Shown one piece after another: positions 1-16,835 of a stretch of DNA of 64,000 nt (the stretch's first letter is position 1; each line of letters opens with the position of its first letter). The translations under genes and the position numbers were made by a program. This DNA comes from Selaginella moellendorffii (Eukaryota; Plantae; Lycopodiophyta): the NCBI RefSeq assembly GCF_000143415.4, contig NW_003314320.1, positions 618,586 to 682,585 on the forward strand, read 5' to 3'. The notes beneath the pieces were generated by a model, which saw only the letters and a program-made list of their open reading frames with translations, was not told the DNA's origin and ran no database searches.

Positions 1-826
1 TTTTGTTCCACCTCATGGCAGCGTTGACATTATCAGTATGTTCTCTCTTCCTTTTTTTTTTGTTTTTTCTATTAAGATTGACCCCGTGCTTGTTTGCTCC
101 AGTCACCATGCAAGCACAACGAGACTATCCCCCAGACCTGCAGCAGTGCAAGGACAAGTTCCTTGTGCAAAGTGTTCGAGCACCGGAGGGTGCTCAGTTT
201 CAAGAAGTGTCCCAGGAGCTGGTCAGTTCATAGCTTTCTAAACATCGTTGGTTTAGAATTGTTTTGGTGCAGTTTAACAAAGAGAATGGGGCGGAGGTTT
301 TCGAGAACAAGCTGAAAGTTGTCTATGTCTCTCCGCCTCAACCTCCGTCTCCGGTTCCCGAGTCCGCCGAAGAAACTGTTTCTCCATCAAAAGCCGACAA
401 TGGAGACTGGATCTTTTCACTGAGAGACGTAAGACTTTTCATACCTTTTAGCTGCACGAAACTCGGATGGACACGTTGTTGGTTTACAGGGGCCTAAAAC
501 TGCCGGTGAACTTGAGAGCAAGATTGCAGAGGTAACAAGTATCGTGAACGTGAGTTTTAAGCTATCTGTTGCTTGCAGGCACGAGCATCCTTGACAACAC
601 TGTCGAACGAGCGCGACTTGGCAAAGCATCAAACGCGAGAGCTCGAGCAAGAACTGGTACGGAATCTAGTTTTTCTAGTTCTTTTCTAAAGTAGGACCCG
701 TTGCAGGCCAATGCTAAAGTCTCTAGCAATCACACTACAACCTCGAGAGGGCATGGTTATTCACTCTTTTTCGTTTTTTTTGTGGGAATCTTGGGTGTCC
801 TGGTGGGGTATTTTCTTAGACATTAA
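1..826 (+). CDS. VAP27: VAMP-associated protein (VAP27/MSP domain), 3' portion; 5' exons lie upstream of the window
   Basis: Exon ~102-221 VTMQAQRDYPPDLQQCKDKFLVQSV (MSP motif); exon ~272-428 ENKLKVVYVSPPQPPSPVPE; coiled-coil exons; last exon ends in TM segment FFVFFVGILGVLVGYFLRH, TAA 824-826. Confidence 0.9.
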
Positions 827-1018
827 CTTATAGTTAGCGTGGTTCACATTGTTTGGTTATGACGTGGCTGAAATGAATATGTCGATTCTATATGCCTTTG
901 TGTGTATCGTCTCGTCCTCGAACTTAGAAGCCACTGAGGAATTCGCCCTGGCGTATCTGTTTCGGCAATGCAGTACTTTATAAAAATCTGGTAACGATTT
1001 TTCTCTCCTGAAAGTTCG

Positions 1019-3158
1019 ATGTTTACCTTGGAAAGTTTTGCAGGTGCATGGCCGATGTGTGTTATTTTTATGTTCATCGCTACTGGCTACTATGTTATCC
1101 TTAAATCGAGACCAAGCTGCCGCCGACAAGTTTTGCCTCCACCAGGGAATTCCGGCGAAACTTTTATGCTCTTTACAACGCTTCCAGATAAGTTTGTGGG
1201 AAACCACCGTAAAAAGTGCGTAACCTTGTGGATTGGGATCTGGAATGGCTGACAAATGGGCTTTTGATTCAGATATGACATACTTTCAAGCTACCTTATA
1301 CGCCATCCAACTGTAATAGTTTCGACGATTGATGCAAACAAGTTCTTTTTGGAGCAAGAAGGCTCCAAGTTTTGCAAGGCGTCCAAGCTGAAGTCTATGA
1401 GAAACACATTGTGGCCGCACCAAGTGAACCAGGCAAACGATGACTTGCATCGGAGATTTTACAAGCTAATTCTCGCACACATGGTACCGGAAGTTCTCAA
1501 ACAGAAGGTTCAGAAGTTTGATGAGAGTGCGCGCAGATGGCCTGTCCGAAGGTGTGCGCACTGTGATGAGGCCAGAGATGGAAAAGGTATTTGGAACGAA
1601 AGCTCGATGAATGGAACTGACTTTGCCAATGCTTTCAGTTCACATTTCTTGGGATCGCGAGCTTGGTTTGCGACGAGGGAGTTGGATCCACAAAACTTAA
1701 CAACACAGACAATTTTGAATGACATCAGGGCATTGACGAAAGGCATCGTCAGTCTTCCAGTAAACGTACCATTCTGTGTTTACAGGTATGCAATTACAAT
1801 ACTTAAGGTTTTTTATTCCGAGCACTTTGTTTCAGGCTATCTTACTTTAAAACGATTATTTGTCAAAGACAAAGAGATTCAGAAACTCCGCATGCTGATT
1901 TGCTGCAAACTCTTCTAGACTCCAGAGAGGATGGAGGGCCTCTGTCAACCGATGAGGTTGTTGATAATTGTATTGCGTGCCTGTCATGAAGTTTCTGCAT
2001 GAGAATCCAAGTGTATTCGAAGATCTCAAGGTAAGCTATGTGACAAAGTACTGGCGAATGTCGTTTATACATCCATAATTTCATTCATTTTTGAGTTTAC
2101 TAATGTAGACCACTTCTGAGAAAACTCATCTAATATTTTATGTCAGGTAATTGAAAGGTATACTATCTCACATTATATAGTTGTGGACCATTAGCTTGAG
2201 AAGAATCCAAAAGACATTTTTTTTGGGGGGAGGGGGCAGCAAAGAGTTGTTAGGTATCAATTTTGACCAAGGGGCCAAAGGTATATTGGTTATAGGAACT
2301 TAATCTACTCTTTACAATGGGAACAATAACATAATGAAGATTTTGAGGTAGTTCAAGGGTGGTTGGGTGGTGCAGAACCTTAAAAAGAGATATAGCATAG
2401 TGTAAATGAGGATAGATATTATTTAATGCCGAGTCATAACATATTATTAACAACTAAATCAGAATAATAAAATAAGAAAAGGCCCTGTGTGTAAGGGATA
2501 GGATCTTAATGTTGGTATTCTTTTTGTGTGACTGGGGCAAAAAATATTCTAAAGAAGTGTATGAGTTTGTGGTCAGGATGAGCACATACGGATAACGAAG
2601 AGAAAGGACGGAGATAAATATCTGACTTGGGAGGATTGTCATGACATGCATTTCACGTGGATGGTAAAGTTAAAATTGTGTTCTTTCGTTTATTTACAAG
2701 TTTTTCCATGGCATGTTATCCAGGAATTATCAAATGTCCCTCCCGCCGTGATCCGGGAGATCGCAGAAGACGTTGTCTATCAGGGTAAGAACACCTCCAT
2801 TGTGTCTAAAGAATGCCACTAAAATGCTATTTGCAGGCTAATCTAAACGAGCAGCACTTTCCAGATCCTCATAAGTTCGATCCCAAGGTATGTCTCAGGT
2901 TGCTCCCAAGCGCGGAAGCTATACTCCATTTGGAGCTGGGAGCCGGAGTTGTGCTGGGCGAGAGCTCTCGAAACTAGAGATGCTCGTGTTCATTCACAGG
3001 CTGGCACAACTTACAAGTAAGCTTCCGTGTGTTTTTTCGTGTTCTTTAGAAAAGCTTTCTATCACTTAAATTTGATAGATGGGAGCCAAACGAGACAAGC
3101 AAAGATGTGAGCTACCATCGCTGGAGGACGGCTATCCAGTGCGTCTCTACAAGCTTTA
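1019..3158 (+). pseudogene. Cytochrome P450 pseudogene (CYP85 clan-like)
   Basis: N-terminal anchor plus LPPPGNSGET; HPTVIVSTIDANKFFLEQEG; HFPDPHKFDP and heme motif PFGAGSRSCAGRELSKLEM at ~2925-2985. The I-helix AGxET and the ExxR motif are missing, frames are broken, and there is a ~670 bp AT-rich insert. Confidence 0.8.
2031..2700. mobile_element. AT-rich, probably TE-derived insert in a P450 pseudogene intron
   Basis: The intron is >10x the local norm and CpG-poor. Reverse-strand TGTCATGAC (2646) and TGTTATGAC (2441) resemble LTR starts. No TSD found. Confidence 0.3.
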
Positions 3159-3294
3159 GAAATTCTAGAGTATGGATCGGACGGTCCTTAATGTTTTGAA
3201 ATTGGACGGTGGAGATTGTCCTCGTTACTGTGAATCTAGCAAACGGCTGGGATTTTCTCTCGTCAAAGATTTAGGGTTTTTTGCTAGGAGCGCG

Positions 3295-4358
3295 ATGGAC
3301 AGGGAGTGGGGGAGCAAGCCCGGGAGCGGTGGCGCGGCGTCGGCTCAGAATGAGGCGATCGATAGGCGCGAGCGTCTCCGGCGCCTCGCCATCGAGACGA
3401 TCGACCTGGGCAAGGATCCCTACTTCATGCGCAATCACTTGGGAAGGTCTGTCTCTCTTTCATTTTTTTCTCTTGGAGGAGAATGTCCGCTGTTTTTCTC
3501 GAGATTGGGCGAGTGATGGCATTGAAATTCCTTTGGTTTTGGCAGCTACGAGTGTAAGCTTTGCTTGACGCTGCACAACAATGAGGGAAACTACTTGGCA
3601 CACACGCAAGGCAAGCGCCACCAGACGAATTTGGCCAAGCGCGCGGCTCGGGATGCCAAAGATCAGCCTATTCAGCCACAGCCACTCAAGAGAAAGCTCA
3701 ACCCACGCAAGACAGGTATGGGGGAAAAGACCATCTCTTTGGATTTTTCTAAGTGTTGTGTTGTGTCTCCTCCAGTTAAGATTGGCCGGCCCGGTTACAA
3801 AGTCACGAAACAATACGACGCAGAGACGCAACAACGCTCCCTACTCTTTCAGGTGGATTTTCACTTTGCTAGACACGATTCTTAGCTGAAACTTCGTGTT
3901 CTTGTCTTATAGATTGCTTATCCGGAGATCGAGGACAATGCCAAGCCACGGTACCGTTTGATGTCCTCGTTTGAGCAGAAGCTGGAACCGAACGAAAAGG
4001 AGTGGCAGTATCTCCTCTTCGCGGCCGAGCCTTACGAGATTATCGCCTTCAAGGTAATGAATCCACATCGTTTCGTTACGAAACTTACTTTCGCTTCTTC
4101 TGTTCATAGATTCCGAGCACGGAGATTGATAAGTCGGCCAATGACAAGTTTTTCTTTCATTGGGATCAAGACTCCAAGCAGTTCACGGTGAGTTTTCATC
4201 CTTCAGTTTTTGCTTCCCGTTCTCACAAGTGTGAAACGTTTTTTTGCCAGCTTCAGTTGTATTTCAAGCCAAAGCCTCAGGTAGGACCAGCGCCACGGCC
4301 AGCAACAGGCTTCCCGCCGAGCGTACCGCCAGGACTACCACGGCCTCCTCCTCGGTGA
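3295..4358 (+). CDS. SF3A2: Splicing factor 3A subunit 2 (SF3a66/SAP62)
   Basis: MDREWGSKPGSGG...RRERLRRLAIETIDLGKDPYFMRNHLG; U1-type ZnF YECKLCLTLHNNEGNYLAHTQGKRH; KIGRPGYKVTKQ; FAAEPYEIIAFK; short Pro-rich tail ending TGA 4356-4358. Confidence 0.95.
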
Positions 4359-4579
4359 CTCCAAACAAGCAGTGCTCACACACGGGTATGTTGCAAAATG
4401 GTCCGGAATAGTTTCTAGTCAAGAGATTAGCCAGTCTTGTAACAAAACTAACTTGTAAGACTTCCAAGGATTTGTTTCCAGATGTTTCACCCAGTGAATG
4501 ACAAGCGGCGAGTGATTTACTTACTTCGATTCTCACGGCCGTGTAACTTAACTTCTCTACAAAATTGGAGCTCATACCT

Positions 4580-7399
4580 TCACTTGACGGCCAACATTCC
4601 ATTGACGTGCTCGGAAGGTCCACCATTTCCAAGTTTCTTGGCACTCCGCTTTTCTATCTCAGCTTCGTAGTGCACAAGAGCTGCATCGAGCGTCTGAAAA
4701 GCATAGGTAAGAAACAAAATTGGGAGTCTAGTGAGATTTAATGGCCCGGTACCTGAAACATCGGCTGCAGTATGAGCGAGACTTGGTGGCGATGCTCCGA
4801 TTGCACCGAGCTTTTCAAAGCCTGTCAAAAAAATTTCGTTTTTACACAAAGAGGAACTCGACGAGATTTACCTGTATTTCGTTGTAGACTTTAGCCATGC
4901 AATCCTTGAGACGATTTGCCTAAACGAGCACAGCTGAGACTTGCAAACCCATTTTGCGAACTTGTTTATACCTTTTGTAGAAGAGCGTTTGAAGTGATTG
5001 GACAGGTCGCCCAAAACTGTCGAAGAACTTCGTTGATGAATGACGAGTGCTACATATCCAGAACTTAAGTAGGCCAGCAAAACTACAAAGCTTACCTGAA
5101 GTAAAGCTTCCCTCACGGAGCGTGGTAGACTGTCAAGGACATTCTTCTCGGCAGTTCTTCCGAGAGAATGATGCGTACTAGAGACTTGTTGCGTGAGTTC
5201 GGTTAAAACCTGTTGGAAAGAGAGGAGTGAATGGAGGTGAGCGAAATGCCAAACCTTGAAAGCGAGAGATCCAGGAATTATAGGAGCTGTCTCGTCCTGG
5301 TGTTCGAACTCTTCTATCTGCTGCCTCAAACGCTGCAAGATCTCGTTGGGATGTAGCGTTGAAGAACTACTCGCTCCAATGTTGGTATTGGCTTGTACAT
5401 CGAAATACTTGCGAGGATCCTGTGTTCACCAAAAGGAAGAAAAATCACTCAGGGAAATCTTCCTGGCTATTGATTGCATGCCTGTATGGAAAGAGGAACG
5501 GACGGAAGTCCTCGAGGGCCTTGTAAATCTTCAAGCTCGGTCATAGCTCTAGCTCTACGATCGTTTTCCTCCACCCTCGTATCTGCCACAAAAATCTCAG
5601 CTTCAACCTTCTACGAGCTCGAACCAAACGCAACCTTGTTGCTGGACTTTTGCCAAAGCCTGAGCAATGCTCATTGCATCGTTCCTGTTTTCCTCTAGAA
5701 ACAACAGTCACACGGTCATCATCATAATGAAACGAGCTGTGATCATCATACCGAGGAGTCGACCTTCTAGCACAACTTCCCCGTGCCTGTTAATATCGCG
5801 CATTAGTTTGTTCCTCATGTTGCCATCGATGGGATCCTTAGCTCTGTCTCTGTAAATTCCATGTCCCTACCCAATCATCGTTAGAGAAGTTCAGCATGAG
5901 CATCATATCGTGGGCCTACCGGCAGAGAAGAATCTGCATTGTCTGCAGCGATGTCTAAAGTTGGATCCACTCGTTTTATCTGTTTCGCTGTCAGTAAATA
6001 ATCGTTTCAGAATGACGGCTTACTTTCCGGCGATACTCTTTGGCAATAATGTCATCGTCGTTCACAAATACTGCTAGCTCCTCGTCATCTTGTGCTTCAG
6101 CCGTTGCTGCGGCGGCATTCTTAGTCCGATGGAGATAATCGTTCCTACAGTACTTTGTCCAGAAGGCTATTTCGGTCATCTACAATTGGTACCACAAAAA
6201 AATCTGTCAGCGTTCTATTGCATAGCATCCGTACCTTTGATGGTACAAAGTTCAGAAAAGCTCGATGTACAGCCGGCTTTTCCGCAAATATCTGAGTCAG
6301 AAAATAAGAACTTCATCACGAGAGGATAATAAAGGAGTTATCAAACCTGATGAATGATCTCTGGCGTGATGTTAAACGTCACCGTGTTCGTCTGAAGGAA
6401 AGAATGTGATGCTTTGGAAACACATTAAACTTCAGAAAGAGCCCATACCCGGCCATCGGCCATCGGACGGATATCAGCAAGCATTGTGCTTGCCATCCCA
6501 GTCCTCATTTTGTGATTATCTCCCGTCTTCTGCACTCCACAGATAGAAGCTGAATTATTGATTAATCTACGAGAAAAACTCTGAAGTACCTTTCTGGAAG
6601 CCCAGAAATCATGCTCGGAAAGAATCTGGTTCATGACGAGGTTTTGATGAAGCCTTTGCAGCTCACTGGCACACGCGTAAAGCAGCTTTAAAGCAAAAGC
6701 AGCGAAGGAAGAGAGCCTGCCTGTCTCCTTGCAAAAGTTTTATTCGCCGCTCCATTTCAGTCTGATTGAGGCTTTCGTTTTGTCCCGGAGGACGTGCCGA
6801 TGTAGAAGCCTGGTTAGCTGCCAGCTCGTTGTTAGCAATCGGAGTTGCAGCATTTGCAAGAAACGGTGCTAGAAAAAAAGAAAAGGAGGAGAAAACCATC
6901 AGCTTTGTGAAGGAAGAAGAAACGCACGAGTACCAAGGAAATTGCGAGAAGCATCCCTGTCAACGAAGTTCTCAAACTCAAAAAAGTATTGGACCTGCGT
7001 GTAAAGAAGAAAAAACTCCGCGATTGATACGAGCAAAAGCAAACTTACAGACACTCACCGCTGTGGAGTCCGTTAGCAAGTTTAGTATAGCCTTCTTGGA
7101 TGTAGCTTCTTTGCTAGCTCGTTGGCCTGAAAGACAAAGCGAAGAACAAAGCTAGGAAAAAAAATCTCAAGTTTTCGTTACCTCTGAGGGACCTGCAATC
7201 GACATTCAACGCCTTCGCAGCATTTGGAATGTTGGGAGTCCATTTGAAGCCACTGGGAGTCTGTAGTGCCCATCCACGTGAGAATCCATCGCCAAAATCT
7301 CAATGCACGCAAGCAAACCATCGTGAGGATGCCAGGAATTCCATCGGATTTGGGATTGGGGAGCGATTTGGCTCTCCACGACGCGCTCGCCCCCGCCAT
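4580..7399 (-). CDS. TFB1: TFIIH subunit p62 (TFB1/GTF2H1), PH plus two BSD domains, multi-exon
   Basis: BSD motifs ELQRLHQNLVMNQILSEHDFWASR and VTFNITPEIIHQIFAEKPAVHRAF...MTEIAFWTKY; MLADIRPMADGR; C-terminal QTLDAALVHYEAE. Confidence 0.88.
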
Positions 7400-7621
7400 G
7401 AAAGAGCCTAAACCCTAGCCCTAGAAAACAGAGGACCCAATATTTTAAGGGCAGAGGAGCTCCAAGGCTGCCCAGGATCTTCCATGATTTTGGAGAATGC
7501 GCTATGCGAGAGATTGAATTCTTGTGTAGGCTGTGGCGATTCACGCGCGTTGGCGATCAATTCAGCTTAAATGAGATGAATAAAAGTGCTGCGCGGCAAT
7601 GTAGGGTTGTGTCACGCCCGG

Positions 7622-7693
7622 GCTTCCATAGCACAGTGGTAGTGCGCTCGCTTAGTAAGCGAAAGGTCACGAGTTCAAATCTCGTTGGAAGCT
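7622..7693 (+). tRNA. tRNA-Thr(AGT)
   Basis: Acceptor GCTTCCA/TGGAAGC; D-arm GCAC-AGTGGTA-GTGC; anticodon arm CTCGC-TTAGTAA-GCGAA (AGT at 7654-7656); T-arm ACGAG-TTCAAAT-CTCGT. Confidence 0.9.
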
Positions 7694-7814
7694 CCTTGTC
7701 TTGCTCTCTCTCTTTTGTCAATTTGACGAAACAGAGCACCGAGATTAGGGCTTATGTTCTCTCTCTAGAATATTTTAGGGCGGTTGCGCACTTCTCCTGC
7801 TCCATCATGCGACG

Positions 7815-12086
<4,272 letters not shown>

Positions 12087-13676
12087 CTTTTTACTGCCCT
12101 CATTCTCTCTTTCTTTTCTCTTGTTCTTTTTTCATTTCTTCTCGAGTCTCTTCCGTGTCTGTCTTGTCGATTCTATGCTGTACATAGTAGACGTGTTCTA
12201 GATTCAGCAACTAGGAGGTAGGGGGCTTCTTCATGCTATTTTGCGGTCCTCGGCATCCTAGAAACTCATGACCTAGTAGCTAGGCAGCTGTTCAAACACC
12301 ACCAGCATCTTGACTGACGGTACCGCCGGATGACTTTTGGTTTTCCGCGCGTCCTTCTTCTTCCAAGTCTCTGCCTTTTTCTTCCTTTCCACTTTTCATG
12401 GTACCAGCATCTCTCAGGCTCTCTGCACGGCCGTTTTACTGGTTCCAGTTTGTTCGTATGCATGCTTAAGGATGTCGCTGTAAGCTTTCCCAGAGCTTGT
12501 GTGTTTGTTTGAGCTCGGCTATCCTGGTCAGTCTTGTACTAGGGACGTGTAATGTGTTGCTTAAAGTGCTGGCCCTGGAAATTGAGTGCGTCAATGTGCA
12601 GTGCTGCTGCAAAGCGCAGCAGCGCTCCTTTACTTTGGACGTAACTGTTTAGCTGCTTTGGCTGGCTGCCTGACTCCCCTGACTCAAAACCATTGATGTC
12701 GATATAACAATCATTTTGGCTGCTTGCTTCCAGCTTGTTTCTGATGTCCACACCTGAGCTGGTTTTGTTCTTGGCCTTGCTATCTCTTTTCCTTCTTTTT
12801 CGCTCTTTTTTTTGTGGATATTTACTGGCTTTGGATTTGTGCATCTTCTCGCTTGGCTCTGTAGATGCCTGTTGCCTGGGCTGCCTGGCTGCGTGCTGCT
12901 GCGAGTAAAAGCCGTTTAAACACACCGTTCAAGGTATGGACAAAGTGAAAGGTTCGGACAGGAAGAAGGCCCGTTTTCAGCTTGGATGGAATTGAAGGGG
13001 GTTGACAAGTGGTGGTGGTGGCAAGCTCAAGCACAGGCAGAGCCAGCTGAAACTTTTTCTCGACAGCGAAATGGCTGCAGTGCAGTGAGGAGCCCAGACA
13101 GACGTCAGACGAACAAGATGGCCACTTAACGTGTTTTTGAAGCGAGGGAATGAATAGAAGTTCAGGATCATTGAAGTGGGGATTAAATTGGGCCAAGCTC
13201 AAGGGAGGACTCCATCCCATCTGTGGCGTTTAAATCTTGCCAGGATTCCAGCAGTGGATTTGAAGAAATTTGCACATGGCTCAACATTTAATTCCACTAG
13301 CACAGTAAGAATATCATCCAAAAACAAGATCATGTCCATCAAGAAGAGAAAGAACACACAATGCAAATAAGCACGGAGAAAGAGTCAGCTACCTGTCTAT
13401 CATTGTCAAGACAAACACAGCTTTGCTACTAACTGATGATGGGTTGATTCTCTTTTCGTTTTGAGCCTTTGCTGTTACCAGAAGTGATGATGCATTGATT
13501 CTAGAAGATTTACATCATGAAGAGGAGAATCTACTTTTTTCTCTCATTGTTGCCAAATGGCATATTTGGTTTCAAACAATGAACATGGTTATGCTCTAGC
13601 AACAGAAAAAAACAAATCACTTTAGACAACACCATGATTCTGGTTCACTATTTTCATGTGCCAGCCAGTTTCAACA

Positions 13677-13780
13677 CATGAACAGTTGCTCCCATTGACT
13701 TGGTTCCCACTTATTTCTCCTGCTGCATGAACAGGAGCTCCCATTGACTTAGTTCCCACTTATTTCTCTTATTGCTGCAT
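13677..13780. repeat. Two-copy 49-bp direct repeat
   Basis: CATGAACAGTTGCTCCCATTGACTTGGTTCCCACTTATTTCTC at 13677 recurs nearly identically at 13726. Confidence 0.9.
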
Positions 13781-14106
13781 TGACAAAAAATCATAGACAA
13801 ACAGCTTGTTTATGAGATCTTGTGACAAGGGAACAACACCCCCTAATTGTTCTTTGACCCAGCTTCTTCAACTCCTGTCATTATGAACCATATATTAACC
13901 CAAGAAGCCAAAGAGAAGAGATGGCCAGTTAGCAAAAATCTGGAGTCCATGATTTGGATCCACTTCAATCATAGGCATATACACCTCCAGAAAGATTAAA
14001 AGAGATAATTCATTTTCACTCAATAATAACATTTTTATAATAACTTTAATAATTATATTTCGATAATGATAATAGTCTCTTACAACGGGAAAAAGAAAAG
14101 AAAAAC

Positions 14107-15618
14107 TTAACCACACTTGTAAATTACAACAAAGCAAGGAAGCACAGCCCTGGGATTAAACACCACCAAGCTCCCACCGTCGGATCCAATCCCGCCCACC
14201 ACCGAATCGTAGCCGTTGGGGCAGCCCGAGATCTCCCCTATGCCGTTCGTCGAGCAAGACGTCCGGTAGCTCCTCCCGGCGATCACCCGGCACACGACCA
14301 TCGCCCTCTTGCCCGCATTGCCACCGAAGCTCTCCTCCACATGAGCGCTACTGCTCGTGGCGGTCGTGCAAATCCCCTTGGTGTTCTTGGAGACGAAGCC
14401 CGAGCGGATGATCCGGCAGATGGAACAGTGCGCGAGGCTGCAGACGCTGCTGGATCCGTGCGCTCCCAGCGGGCACGCGACGCTGGATCCGTAGAAGCGC
14501 AAGAGCTCGTTGCCGTCGGCGATGCAGCGCGCGTTCTTGCGGGCCATGCAATTGGCGCGGAGCTTCACGCTGTCGCGGTAGTCCTCGAATCGCGCGAGCG
14601 TGCGCTGGGAGTTGTGGACCTTGAGCACGCGCTCGATGCGGCCGATGGAGCTGTTGCTCGAGATCCAGCTGCTGCGGAAGATGATCTCGATGATGTTGCG
14701 CGAGGAATCGCCGCGCCCCAGCTCCGACACTGAAGAACACAACACAAAGAATTAGAATGATCATGGAAACGGTCGATCAAAGAGAGAATATTTTGCGACG
14801 ATCAAGAACACATCGATCGCGGGAGAAGTAAAGATATCGCGAGAATATCGAGTCGATCAAAGAGAGGAAGAGATCGAAATGGAAAAGAGAAGAGGAAGAG
14901 AGCCAGGATTATAGATACCTGCGTGCTGGATGGTGTGATGGTGCTCGAGAGCATCGATCTTGGTGAAGCAATCCCCGCATTTCTGGCAGCTGATATGCGG
15001 GAGATTGCAATTCCTAGCGATCATGCTCGCCGCGGAGGCCACGGACAACGAATCCTTGCACGACGCCACCATGGAATCCATGGTGTCGAGCACATTGCAG
15101 CCATTGCAAGAGCCCCCAAATCTCTTGCGCGACACCACGAGCACCTGGCGATGGTTGCCGGAGCTCGAGCTCGATGACGAGGACGTGGAGGATGGTAGCA
15201 GCAAAGGGGCATCGCCGCAAGGGGACGCGCTGTTGCAGTGGTGATTATCGTGATCTTCCAAGAACAGGGCATCTTGCGAGACCTCGTTGAGAAAATCCGC
15301 CGAGTCTTTGATCGATTGTGGACTCCCCGACGACGACGCCCTGTGGATCACCCTCGTGTTGCCGTGCACGATGTCCTTGAGATTGGAGCAGTTGCACGAC
15401 GATCGACTGATCAGGGACGAGGAATGCTGAGGCTGCGCGGAAGATTTGGTACCGGGGTTCTTGCCCTTGGCGTGGAATGGAACTGGATTGACCACCGGCG
15501 ACGCCAGCGCTGGCTGGATCCTGGAAGAATGCCGCTGGTGCTTGGGATCGTAGACCACATCCTTGGTGTCGGATTTGCACGAGAGCGTTCTTGTCCAAGA
15601 AAGCCATGGCCCCGGCAT
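14107..15618 (-). CDS. Plant C2H2 zinc finger plus PARP/ADP-ribosyltransferase-like domain protein (exons 15618-14919, 14729-14107)
   Basis: C2H2 CQKCGDCFTKIDALEHHHTIQHA; VSELGRGDSSRNIIEIIFRSSW...IERVLKVHN...ADGNELLRFYG...CRVIAGR...GYDSV...VFNPRAVLPCFVVIY. Confidence 0.9.
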
Positions 15619-15680
15619 CGCCGCTGCCGCTGCCGCCCTGGCGATCGATCAAACCCCGAAATATTTCGAAATTTCGCCCT

Positions 15681-15682
<2 letters not shown>

Positions 15683-15710
<28 letters not shown>
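15683..15710. repeat. (GA)n microsatellite (CT tract in the leader of the minus-strand gene)
   Basis: About 14 GA units directly visible. Confidence 0.95.
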
Positions 15711-15720
<10 letters not shown>

Positions 15721-16835
15721 TCGAAAGTAGATCGAGCGCGCGATGATCCGAATGGGACAATGCTGGCTGCTACGCGCTCCACTGGAGGGATTGTTTGCGC
15801 TCCATTGAATTCCACATGCCTGCTGCCCTGGCCAGTGATCGTAGCTAGCAACGAAACAAAACGCGAAGGAGCGCGCTTGCAAGGGCGCGATTTATGAGAA
15901 GAAAGAGATAGTAGTAGTTCGCTCGCGCAAGACGACGACGACAATGCGATACACAAGAGAGAGAGAGATTTTAAACTTGGCTCACGCCCTAAACTAAACC
16001 ACGAGGAGATCACGGGCTCGATTCCACGGGTCTAAACTATTCCCAGGAAATTGCGCGGTCAAACCGTGCGCACAGCCGGAGCAATGGGCAAACAAAACAA
16101 AACCATGCGCGCATTGGGGCGAACCACGCGCTTTCGCGATTGGATTCCAATATAAGCTTCTCGCGATTAGCATCGTTTGTAAGCTTCTCTAATCGTGGTT
16201 TGTGTGTGTGATATGTTACCACCATCGTCTTCAAGTTGTCCACGTTTAGCTTTGCGCGAGCGAGCGAAACCTCTGCTAGAAAGAATGGAGGCTTCTCCTT
16301 CCTGTTTTGCCTGTCCTTCCTGTTTAGCCATGTTTGCTGGCTGGACGATTGATGGACCCTTGTTTCTTCCTTCCTCGAAAAGGATGAGCTTTTCCTTCCG
16401 TTCGAAAGATGGATCTGCCGTCGTGATAGTACTTCGCTGGCAAAATCTCTTAACTGATTGATGTGTTTTGCGCAGGGGAGAGCGAACCTTGTCTGGAGCT
16501 GAACTGAGGAGTGATGTAATCATCCCATACGTGGGAGTTTCTCGAGGGAAGTGGCAATTCTCTGCAGTAGCGGTAGTAAAAGCTGTGAGAAACCCGGAGG
16601 ACTACTTATCCAAAAGAAAAATCGCACCTTTCTTTTTTCTCAAGTTCTTCAATGCATCCTGCAGTACAAGGTTAAAATGTGAGAACACTTGGCTACTCGA
16701 ATAGAAATCTTACATCTTGGTCTCTTGTTCTTGAATTACGAGTTTCTGCAGTAGAAGTGGTGAGCACTTGACTATGCACTTAACAAACTCTTTGCAAGCT
16801 GCTAGAGATGAAGTAAAAGCTTACCATTTTTCTTT

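Noticed and set aside
2248-2646. Intact solo LTR (TG...CA)
   Set aside because: No target-site duplication; kept only as a low-confidence TE remnant.
13194-13214. AAGCTCAAGGGAGG resembling miR390 or a TAS3 target site
   Set aside because: Too many mismatches, with no tasiARF sequence, second site or hairpin.
13726-13745. GGAGCTCCC resembling the 3' end of miR319/159
   Set aside because: Only ~9 nt match; it is part of a direct repeat with no complementary arm.
14341-15897. Long plus-strand ORFs (130-219 aa) opposite the ZnF/PARP gene; similar ones opposite ClpP, dNK and D6PK
   Set aside because: These are antisense shadows of GC3-rich codons with no recognisable motifs.
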